The notes under the pieces: generated by a model
Databases searched by the model: none
The model's input: the letters and a program-made list of their open reading frames with translations, nothing else
What the model was told of the DNA's origin: nothing
Part shown: positions 8,880-16,048 of the stretch, in pieces
How positions within the stretch are numbered: position 1 is the first letter of the stretch
How the letters are laid out: the number at the start of each line of letters is the position of its first letter
NCBI RefSeq assembly: GCF_000025945.1
Contig: NC_006138.1
Span: 3,420,001-3,452,000, forward strand
DNA length: 32,000 nt
Direction: 5' to 3'
Origin: Desulfotalea psychrophila LSv54
GTDB lineage: Bacteria > Desulfobacterota > Desulfobulbia > Desulfobulbales > Desulfocapsaceae
Position numbers and translations under genes: made by a program

Positions 8880-8923
8880 CCCTAAACAGCTATGATTCAT
8901 TTATGATAAATCACATATACTTA

Positions 8924-10351
8924 CTATACAATTCTAAAGCTACCTACAAGGGCACAACGACGAAGACGAACAAATGTTGCCGCGTTACTTACACCTTCAC
9001 CGGTTGGAGTAGAGATGGTCATGGAAGTCCAACCCTCACCACCTGCACCAAGTCCGGCAATATGCGGTCCGTTCTTAACAAAGAGACTGGTATTCACAGC
9101 CTTAGCCATTTTCTCCATGTTATGAATATTGGTAGAGTGCATACCAGCAGTGTGACTCAAACCACGCTCAAGCATAAGAGCCCACTCAAGAGCTTGGTCA
9201 AAGTTACGGGCACGAACAACGGGAATAAGTGGCATCATCTGCTCGGTTACAGCGAAAGGATGACGAGCATCGCCTTTCACATCAACGAAGAGAAGTTTAC
9301 ATCCCTTAGGAATGGTGATTCCAGCAAGATCTGCAAGCTTATAAGCATCACGACCAACCCACTTAGGATTAGCACGACACTTATCGGTACCGTAGTCAAG
9401 AAGAACGGTTTTACCGATGGTCTCTGCCTGGGCAAGAGAGATCTCAAATGCGCCGATAGCAGTAAACTCACGTTTGAACTCATCCGCTACAGAATCAACA
9501 ATAATGATCTCTTTTTCATTGGCACAGATCAGGTTGTTATCAAAAGAGGCACCAATATAAATGCTCTCAGCAGCACGAGCAAGATCAGCGGTCTCATCAA
9601 CTACTACAGGAGGATTACCTGCACCAGCTGCGATAAGGCGCTTATCGGTAATCTTACGAGCAGCAGCTACAACAGCCTCGCCACCGGTTACGGTAAGAAG
9701 ATTAATTCCCTCGTAGGTAAAGAGACGTCGGGCCGCATCAAGAGAAGGCTCTTTGATACAGACGAGAAGGTTATGAACACCTGTCTCTTCTACAATAGCC
9801 TTGTTCATCATCTTGATGGTTTCTTGAGTAATACGTTTTGCTGCAGGATGAGGAGCAAAAACAACACTGTTACCACCAGAGATCATGCTGATACCATTAT
9901 TGATAACGGTAGATCCTGGGTTAGTAGAAGGAGTAACAGAGGCAATAACACCCCAAGGAGCATTCTCGATAAGGGTAAAGCCCTCGTCACCGGTAATTGC
10001 TGTAGGCTGAAGAATCTCTGGTCCTGGAGTACGGTTAGCCACAAGCAAGGTCTTAGCAACCTTATCTTCAACATTACCCATACCAGTCTCAGATACAGCC
10101 ATCTCAGAGAGACGACGTGCATTCATGCGAGCAGCGCGACGCATAACATCTACTACACGGTTACGCATAGCAACGGTATCAATAAGCTTGTAAGCCACTT
10201 TGGCTGCCGCTACGGCATCATCAAGCTCATCAAAAACACCCCAATCGCCTGCTGCCGGGGCAGAGGCTACAAGGCTACCATTTTGCGCTTTGCTCAATTG
10301 AGCAAGTACTTCTGATACAATAGACTCAATTTGTGCTTGTCCTATAGACAT
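8924..10351 (-). CDS. eutE: CoA-acylating aldehyde dehydrogenase (EutE/PduP family) with N-terminal encapsulation peptide, copy A
   Basis: Catalytic Cys context is FDNNLICANEKE, plus ENAPWGVIASVTPSTNP. The N-terminus MSIGQAQIESIVSEVLAQL is an amphipathic helix followed by a linker. The start is set at ATG 10351 (GGAG RBS, matching copy B); the track start is 10363. Confidence 0.93.
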   Translation of the reverse strand: MSIGQAQIESIVSEVLAQLSKAQNGSLVASAPAAGDWGVFDELDDAVAAAKVAYKLIDTVAMRNRVVDVMRRAARMNARRLSEMAVSETGMGNVEDKVAKTLLVANRTPGPEILQPTAITGDEGFTLIENAPWGVIASVTPSTNPGSTVINNGISMISGGNSVVFAPHPAAKRITQETIKMMNKAIVEETGVHNLLVCIKEPSLDAARRLFTYEGINLLTVTGGEAVVAAARKITDKRLIAAGAGNPPVVVDETADLARAAESIYIGASFDNNLICANEKEIIIVDSVADEFKREFTAIGAFEISLAQAETIGKTVLLDYGTDKCRANPKWVGRDAYKLADLAGITIPKGCKLLFVDVKGDARHPFAVTEQMMPLIPVVRARNFDQALEWALMLERGLSHTAGMHSTNIHNMEKMAKAVNTSLFVKNGPHIAGLGAGGEGWTSMTISTPTGEGVSNAATFVRLRRCALVGSFRIV

Positions 10352-10372
10352 CTCTAACTCCACTATCTAATT

Positions 10373-10663
10373 TTATTTGGCGTAAAGTTTCCCACCTGAA
10401 GCAGTGATCTGATCAACAATTGCAATAACATTCAGATCAACAGGAGATCTCTCTCCTGTCGCTGTACGGGGCGCAGCGCCACCCCCGCGAACCAAAAGAA
10501 CATACTCGCCCTCTCCAGCCCCAAGGGTATCCACCGTCACTTGACCGTAACGTATTATATCGCCTTCAGCATTAATAAGATCCACAAGAAGCAAACTTGC
10601 ATGAGGGACTCTAGGGTCACGAATAGTTGCAACGACCTGACCTTTCACTCTTCCTAACTCCAT
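10373..10663 (-). CDS. eutN: BMC vertex pentamer (BMC-P, EutN/PduN/CcmL family), copy A
   Basis: 96 aa. MELGRVKGQVVATIRDP...LLLVD...DTLGAGEGEYVLLVRG is typical of EutN/CcmL. Confidence 0.92.
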   Translation of the reverse strand: MELGRVKGQVVATIRDPRVPHASLLLVDLINAEGDIIRYGQVTVDTLGAGEGEYVLLVRGGGAAPRTATGERSPVDLNVIAIVDQITASGGKLYAK

Positions 10664-10707
10664 ACCATTTCCCTCAAATAAATCTGCTTCTTAGACAATC
10701 TACCTTC

Positions 10708-10986
10708 TTATTTTTTCAATCTAATTGGATACACTTCCTCAAGATCCTGATGGGGACGAGGAATAACATGGGCCGCAATAAGCTTGCCCATACGTTTTGC
10801 TGCTGCGGCACCGGCATCAATTGCGGCTTTACACGCGGCAACATCACCACGAATAAGCACACAGACATAACCGCCACCAATACGCTCATAACTCACCAAC
10901 TCTACCTGAGCCGCCTTAGTCATTACGTCTGCTGCATCTACAAGACCGGTTATACCTTTTGCTTCTAATATACCAAGAGCATCCAT
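10708..10986 (-). CDS. eutM: BMC-H hexamer shell protein (PduA/EutM type), copy A
   Basis: 92 aa with PF00936-like features: ALGILEAKG...[12 protein letters not shown]...[21 protein letters not shown]...HVIPRPH. Confidence 0.95.
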   Translation of the reverse strand: MDALGILEAKGITGLVDAADVMTKAAQVELVSYERIGGGYVCVLIRGDVAACKAAIDAGAAAAKRMGKLIAAHVIPRPHQDLEEVYPIRLKK

Positions 10987-11004
10987 TGCTGTTTCCTCTT
11001 CTCT

Positions 11005-11370
11005 CTATTTTTTAGTTGCTTTGGTCGCAGGACGTTTCGCATTAGCTGCTACCTTAGCCGCTGCTGCTGCCGCCTTTTCTTCTGCAAAGATAGAACCTAT
11101 CTTGTCATTCACCAGAACCTCAAGACTATCATCCGGACGAGGAATAACGTTGGTTGCAACACATTCACCCAAACGAGATCCAGCTGCCTTACCTGCATCT
11201 ACAGCTGCTCCAACTGCGCCAAGATCACCCTCACAGATAACAGTTACACCACCTGCTGCATCCGTGGTTATGGTCTTCACAGACACACGGGCAGCCTTAG
11301 TCATAGCATCCGCTACTTCAATGGCGGCAACCAAACCAATTACTTCTACAAAACCTATAGAACCATTCAT
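11005..11370 (-). CDS. BMC-H shell protein with Ala/Lys-rich C-terminal extension, copy A
   Basis: 121 aa. The BMC domain is [27 protein letters not shown]...NVIPRPDD, followed by the tail [40 protein letters not shown]. Confidence 0.9.
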   Translation of the reverse strand: MNGSIGFVEVIGLVAAIEVADAMTKAARVSVKTITTDAAGGVTVICEGDLGAVGAAVDAGKAAGSRLGECVATNVIPRPDDSLEVLVNDKIGSIFAEEKAAAAAAKVAANAKRPATKATKK

Positions 11371-11415
11371 ACTAACGCTTCCTTTCTTTATTGGTTATAA
11401 CCAGAGGGTCAGCAC

Positions 11416-11973
11416 CTATAATATACTACGCATAACTTCAGGCGTAACGCTTGGAATCACAACAGAACGAACAAGCATTGCAGTCTCGGCACAGGCATCA
11501 GCTGCTGCCTGGGTTGCCATACTTACTGCTGCTACATCACCGGTGAGAAGACAAAAAGCCTTACCACCAAGACCCATGGCAATACGTACCTCGGCAATAT
11601 CTACCTCGGCGGTCTTTGCTGCCCGATCTGCCGCTACAATCGCTGAAGATGCGGAAAAAGTCTCTATTATACCCAGGGAAGGCCCCTGTGGTTTTCCTGC
11701 AATGCCAGACATGGCAGCAATAACGGATCGATCAATACTCGGGATAACAAAATGATCCGCCACGGCACCATCGGCACCGTCAATACCTGCAGCCACGGCA
11801 GCTTGAACCGCTGCCACGTCACCGTGCACAGCTGCAATAAACTTACCTGGACAGATGGTCTTCATCATCAAGATCTCTACGCTAGAGGCCTTCATCATCC
11901 TATCTGCAGCCTCAATACCAGCTGCAATACTACTAAATTCAATCATTCCAACTGATTGTATATAAGTTGTCAT
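11416..11973 (-). CDS. pduT: Tandem-domain BMC-T shell protein, PduT type (Fe-S pore), copy A
   Basis: 185 aa with two BMC domains. The KTICPGKF motif is identical to the Salmonella PduT segment that carries the [4Fe-4S] ligand Cys (C41 here). Confidence 0.9.
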   Translation of the reverse strand: MTTYIQSVGMIEFSSIAAGIEAADRMMKASSVEILMMKTICPGKFIAAVHGDVAAVQAAVAAGIDGADGAVADHFVIPSIDRSVIAAMSGIAGKPQGPSLGIIETFSASSAIVAADRAAKTAEVDIAEVRIAMGLGGKAFCLLTGDVAAVSMATQAAADACAETAMLVRSVVIPSVTPEVMRSIL

Positions 11974-11975
11974 GA

Positions 11976-13319
11976 CTACACTCCTTTAATCACTATTTCA
12001 TTACCTACTTCTACCACAGTGCCTGCGATAGAGGCGTGAACTGTAGCACCTAAGGCACCTTGAGGCACTGCACCAACCAACTGACCCACCTGAACAAAAT
12101 CACCTGCCTTAACCTGGGCCACTGCTGGTGCACCGATATGCTGATTAAGTGGAATACGCACCTCAGCAGGAGTATAGTCACCGGTAAAATCAGGATGAAT
12201 ATTCATGAACTTATCAATACCAATCTTCAGGGCCAAACGAGGCACAGGCACCTTACGGTAAGGACGAACCTTAGACTGGGCGGGAATAACCTCACGAGAT
12301 CCCTCATAGGGCACCTTGTTTTCGCGAAAACGAGCCTTTAGAGCTGCGTTAATACGACGAGGAGAAAGGCCCATGGGACAACTAAACAACTCACAAACAC
12401 CACACTCACAACAGAGAGCTGCCTGCATGGCACCAAGGGCGACATCTCCACCACCACCAAAGGCACGCATCACCTTATGGGTCTGAAAATCCTGACCTAT
12501 AAGATAACGGGGACAGAGCTCGGTACAAAGGCGACACTGAATACAGGCAGTGGCAGCCTGGCGCTGCATGCTCTGCAGATCACGGCTGGCCATGGTATGT
12601 AGATAATGACCCCGTGGCAAAATAATAAGACCACCGGTGGTCTTAGTGACTACCTTGGCGGCAAATTCCTCTGCTGAGTCGACCATGCGACCCATCATTG
12701 GCCCACCAAGAATGTAAACAGGATCAGCAATGGTTGCGCCGCCGCAGTGAGCAAGACACTCACTCAACTTGGTGCCAAGAGGCACACGAATAACAGCAGG
12801 GCTACCTACATTACCGGTTACAGTAACAATTTTATGAGTAACTGGCGTACCTTTCATGGCGTCGGCTACTCCGGCAAGAGTACCCACATTGGCAACAACA
12901 GCGCCAACATCCTTAGGCAAACCAAGAGGCGGAATGGTTTTTCCGGTTACCTCGTAGACTAGGGTCTGCTCATCACCTGCTGGATAAAAGTTATCCAACT
13001 GAACAAGCTCTAAACCTGTCCCCTCTATACAGTCAGCAAATATTTTTGCTATTTCGGTATATTTACGTTTTATACCGATAACACCGCGTGTAGCTCCCGT
13101 AACGGAGACGATGGCCTGCATCGCGACAACGATATCCGCTGCGCGGGTTCGCATAATATGTTGATCAGTATGCAACAGTGGCTCACACTCACAACCGTTG
13201 GCTATAACTGTATCCACCTGCGTATCATATTTTACATGGGCGGGAAAACCTGCTCCGCCCTCGCCCACAATACCGGCATCCAGTATCGAGCGAAGAAGAC
13301 TATCTTTATTCATGATCAT
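11976..13319 (-). CDS. pduS: PduS/RnfC-like flavin and Fe-S oxidoreductase, copy A
   Basis: 447 aa. Contains GEGGAGFPAHVKY (NADH-binding RnfC/NuoF-like) and two 4Fe-4S motifs, CIQCRLCTELCP and CCECGVCELFSCP. Size matches PduS. Confidence 0.9.
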   Translation of the reverse strand: MIMNKDSLLRSILDAGIVGEGGAGFPAHVKYDTQVDTVIANGCECEPLLHTDQHIMRTRAADIVVAMQAIVSVTGATRGVIGIKRKYTEIAKIFADCIEGTGLELVQLDNFYPAGDEQTLVYEVTGKTIPPLGLPKDVGAVVANVGTLAGVADAMKGTPVTHKIVTVTGNVGSPAVIRVPLGTKLSECLAHCGGATIADPVYILGGPMMGRMVDSAEEFAAKVVTKTTGGLIILPRGHYLHTMASRDLQSMQRQAATACIQCRLCTELCPRYLIGQDFQTHKVMRAFGGGGDVALGAMQAALCCECGVCELFSCPMGLSPRRINAALKARFRENKVPYEGSREVIPAQSKVRPYRKVPVPRLALKIGIDKFMNIHPDFTGDYTPAEVRIPLNQHIGAPAVAQVKAGDFVQVGQLVGAVPQGALGATVHASIAGTVVEVGNEIVIKGV

Positions 13320-13358
13320 CTCTTTAAGTTCGCTAGAGAGCTACAAAAAAAACGGCTG

Positions 13359-13637
13359 TTACTTGTCACGTTTGAAAGGGAAGACTTCTTCCAAATCACC
13401 ATGTGGACGTGGAATAACGTGCACAGCTACTACCTCGCCAATACGTGCTGCTGCTGCTGCACCTGCATCGGTAGCGGCCTTACATGCTGCCACATCACCA
13501 CGAACAATCGCAGTTACGAGACCAGCACCAATTTGCTTGTAACCTACCAGTTGTACGCGAGCAGCTTTTACCATTGCATCTGAAGCTTCGATGAGTGCGG
13601 TCAAGCCTTTAGTTTCAATCATTCCTAATGAATCCAT
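13359..13637 (-). CDS. BMC-H hexamer shell protein, copy A (first shell gene of the operon)
   Basis: 92 aa, [59 protein letters not shown]...HVIPRPH. Confidence 0.95.
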   Translation of the reverse strand: MDSLGMIETKGLTALIEASDAMVKAARVQLVGYKQIGAGLVTAIVRGDVAACKAATDAGAAAAARIGEVVAVHVIPRPHGDLEEVFPFKRDK

Positions 13638-13696
13638 TGTATTCCTCCAAGTTTCGTGTAACGAAAAAAGTTTTACTCTATTTTACCAACATCCGT

Positions 13697-14677
13697 TTAT
13701 AGGCACTGACCTACAACGGCAACCTTATATATATCATCCGCAGTACAACCACGGGAAAGATCATGCCAACCTGCAGCAAAACCCTGAAGAAGCGGGCCAA
13801 GAGCTGTATACCCACCCAAACGCTGAGCGAGCTTATAGCCAATATTACCTGCTTCAAGAGAAGGAAAGATAAGCACATTTGCCATTCCTTCAACTACACT
13901 ACCGGGAGCCTTTTGGGCAGCAACACTTGGGACGATAGCTGCATCGAGTTGTAGCTCACCGTCAACCAACATATCAGGAGCGCGCTTACGAATTTGCTCA
14001 ACGGTATCACGAACAAAAATTGCCCGCTCATGATTGGCGCTACCCTTAGTAGAAAAAGAGAGCATGGCCACCCGAGGTTCTTCACCGAGTAACTTGCGCG
14101 CCTTATCCGCCGATGATATGGCTATATCAGCCAAAGTATTTTCATTGGGCACTGGCACTACACCACAATCGGCAAAGATATAATCTTTTCCGCCTTCCGG
14201 TGCTATCATAAAAAAGAAGCTGGAGATGGTTTTCATACCCTGCTGCTTGGGCAGAAACTGCAAACCTGCACGAATAACATTACCAGTCGAAGATATATTA
14301 CCGGAAACACCCAGATTAACCTCCTCACGACGCACCATCATAGCTGCACCGGCAAGGGGACATCTCATGGCCTTTACGGCATCATCCATGCTCAGCTTTT
14401 TACCCTTTGCCTCACGAATTGCAATAAATTCATTGGCATTTTTTTCAAGCAGAGAGGGACTGGTATGGTCAACCACGGTCACCCCACGACTTGAACATTT
14501 TGCCTCCCGCATCTTAGCGCGAACAGCAAACGGAGAACCCATAAATACTGGATGAGCAAGCCCTTCTGCCTGAAGACGACCAGCCGCCTCAAAAACTCTC
14601 TTATCGAGGCAATCAGGAAAGACAATTGTCTTAGGCGCTTTACGACATACATCTTTACAACGTTCTAATATGCTCAC
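13697..14677 (-). CDS. eutD: Phosphate acetyltransferase (EutD/Pta, PTA_PTB family)
   Basis: 326 aa with IVFPDCLDKRV..AA, GNISSTGNVIRA, FSTKGSA, AGNIGYKLAQRLGG. Present only in module A. Confidence 0.9.
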   Translation of the reverse strand: MSILERCKDVCRKAPKTIVFPDCLDKRVFEAAGRLQAEGLAHPVFMGSPFAVRAKMREAKCSSRGVTVVDHTSPSLLEKNANEFIAIREAKGKKLSMDDAVKAMRCPLAGAAMMVRREEVNLGVSGNISSTGNVIRAGLQFLPKQQGMKTISSFFFMIAPEGGKDYIFADCGVVPVPNENTLADIAISSADKARKLLGEEPRVAMLSFSTKGSANHERAIFVRDTVEQIRKRAPDMLVDGELQLDAAIVPSVAAQKAPGSVVEGMANVLIFPSLEAGNIGYKLAQRLGGYTALGPLLQGFAAGWHDLSRGCTADDIYKVAVVGQCL

Positions 14678-14686
14678 ACTTATCTC

Positions 14687-15511
14687 CTAAGCAACGTTGT
14701 TGATGCACGCAATACGTACAGAAGTGGGAGTACTATAGGTTACATCTACACCTTCGGGGAAATAAACCATATCGCCAACCTTAGCCACCAAGGTTTTTCC
14801 ACAAATATCAAGATGTAACTCACCTGCAACAACAACACCTACCTCTGGACATTCCACGGTACGCTTGAAAGATGCCTTCTCCCACTCCATATAACCACCG
14901 GCAAGTTGAGCGCCAGCACATTCGCCCAGGGCATCGGCAATAAACACCTGTTCTGCTACAGCTACAGGAGCACCGGCATTTGCCTTAAGAAGGCGATCGC
15001 CCTCAACCACACAGATACCACCACAGGAAGAAGAGGCATTCTCTGCTACCAGAGAGACAGAAACATCAGGCTGAGCAAGTCTTTCCGTTACTACCCTACG
15101 CACAAGACTCTCAAGAGCCTCATCGGTCAACACACCCGGAAGGCGCTTTTTCAGGATTTCACAGACTTCAGAAATCAGGACATCGGCCTCGCCTGAGGTG
15201 TTCACTGGAGCAGTTGGAGTAACTATGGCAGGAGCAGCAAAAGCCACTGGCGCTACAGGAGCAGCAGGTTTTACTGGAACAGCTGGGGCCGCCGGAGCAA
15301 CTGGGGCAGCCGGAGCAGGAGTACTGGTAAGAGGACAGGCCTCAACCACAACCTTCTTCTCTTCAACCTGGAGTATTTTCAAACCTAACTCCAAGGCCTT
15401 ATCAACTGCTTGAGGGGTAATAATACACTCTTGAGGCGGGCATAGGATCGACTTCTTCCCACTCTTGAGGGCCCCATTAATATCGGCTTCGGTTATAATC
15501 CGCTTTCCCAT
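14687..15511 (-). CDS. eutQ: EutQ-like cupin protein with Ala/Pro-rich internal linker, copy A
   Basis: 274 aa. The N-terminus MGKRIITEADINGAL...ITPQA resembles Salmonella EutQ (MKKLITANDIR...). Next comes a ~45-aa linker (PAPAAPVAPAAPAVPVKPAAPVAPVAFAAPA...), then a C-terminal cupin (GGYMEWEKASF...GDMVYFPEG). AGGAGG RBS. Confidence 0.85.
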   Translation of the reverse strand: MGKRIITEADINGALKSGKKSILCPPQECIITPQAVDKALELGLKILQVEEKKVVVEACPLTSTPAPAAPVAPAAPAVPVKPAAPVAPVAFAAPAIVTPTAPVNTSGEADVLISEVCEILKKRLPGVLTDEALESLVRRVVTERLAQPDVSVSLVAENASSSCGGICVVEGDRLLKANAGAPVAVAEQVFIADALGECAGAQLAGGYMEWEKASFKRTVECPEVGVVVAGELHLDICGKTLVAKVGDMVYFPEGVDVTYSTPTSVRIACINNVA

Positions 15512-15691
15512 GCACTTCCTCCTACTGTTTTATATCTTATAGAGTCCTTCCCTCTTAAAAGCTGAGAGGCAAAGACCATCAATTTGAAAAATAACAAATT
15601 ATTACAATAACTTTTCATCCAGAACAGCTCATAAAAAGAGACGTTTAACCGAGCGACAGCATTCCAAAATGAAAAAACTCTATCCTCTTCT

Positions 15692-15707
15692 AGCAAAATT
15701 CGTGCAA
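15692..15707 (-). promoter_or_regulatory. Sigma-54-like element with a degenerate -24 box, upstream of operon A
   Basis: The minus strand reads TTGCACGAATTTTGCT (GCAC-N5-TTGCT, but TG instead of GG). It lies 181 nt upstream of the eutQ-A ATG. A syntenic counterpart sits 177 nt upstream of eutQ-B. Confidence 0.35.
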
Positions 15708-15856
15708 AAAAAACACATGTTCTCTTTTTTTTTGTTGTTAGCGAAAAAAAATCCTATTTCCATAGGGAAAACCAAGCCATCCTTAAAAAAAATATCAGGC
15801 AAATCCTTTTTTTTCAGGAAAAGAGAGAGACAAAGGCCAAGAAACAATGGCCAAAA

Positions 15857-15872
15857 GTTGCATTTTCGCACA
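15857..15872 (+). promoter_or_regulatory. GTTGC-N6-GCAC motif copy
   Basis: GTTGCATTTTCGCACA, read directly. Confidence 0.45.
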
Positions 15873-15971
15873 AAAAGACAAGTAGTCTCCTGAATAACCA
15901 GCTAAAAGAGCAAGGCATTAACATGTAGTTCTAACGCCTTAACACGATGCTCCGGCTCACAGGCAACACGG

Positions 15972-15987
15972 GTTGCGTTTTTGCATC
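15972..15987 (+). promoter_or_regulatory. GTTGC-N6-GCA motif copy
   Basis: GTTGCGTTTTTGCATC, read directly. It abuts the operon B terminator. Confidence 0.45.
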
Positions 15988-16017
15988 AAAAAGAGCCACC
16001 GAAGAATCCCCGATGGC
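15986..16017 (-). terminator. Probable rho-independent terminator of BMC operon B
   Basis: On the minus strand, GCCATCG-loop(9)-CGGTGGC (one G-U pair) is followed by TCTTTTT. It lies 32 nt after the eutJ stop. The sequence AGCTGTTTAGGG..CCA.CGGGG is homologous to the operon A terminator. Confidence 0.55.
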
Positions 16018-16048
16018 CCTAAACAGCTCCCCCATAATCTGCAAAATG

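Larger units (their letters stand above)
8924..13745. repeat. Segmental duplication, copy A (AldDH through BMC-H and the 3' end of pta)
   Basis: Collinear with 16866-21668 at an offset of ~7.93-7.94 kb. Hand alignment shows identity ranging from near-perfect patches to about two-thirds at protein level (eutN). Confidence 0.95.

Noticed and set aside
8839-8895. An 18-codon plus-strand ORF (MKKKRATEKKPRGPPKQL) downstream of the plus-strand sigma-54 consensus.
   Set aside because: It is made almost entirely of the A-run and the terminator hairpin of operon A, so it is most simply a by-product of that structure.
8873-10315. Long plus-strand ORFs antisense to the BMC genes (8873-10315, 11021-11755, 17004-17822, 18901-19683, 13158-13583, 20927-21511). 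Some have translations that are identical between the two modules.
   Set aside because: These are shadow ORFs of Ala/Gly/Val-rich genes, whose GCN/GTN codons avoid antisense stops. Their products are low-complexity with no recognisable family. The apparent conservation between copies arises because this antisense frame shares its wobble position with the sense frame, so silent sense changes are also silent antisense. The minus-strand products all have clear family signatures.
15512-16048. Repetitive-looking intergenic DNA, checked for a CRISPR array, IS ends or other mobile-element signatures.
   Set aside because: There are no regularly spaced direct repeats, no terminal inverted repeats, and no transposase or integrase anywhere in the window. 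The repeats are short motif copies and homopolymer tracts.
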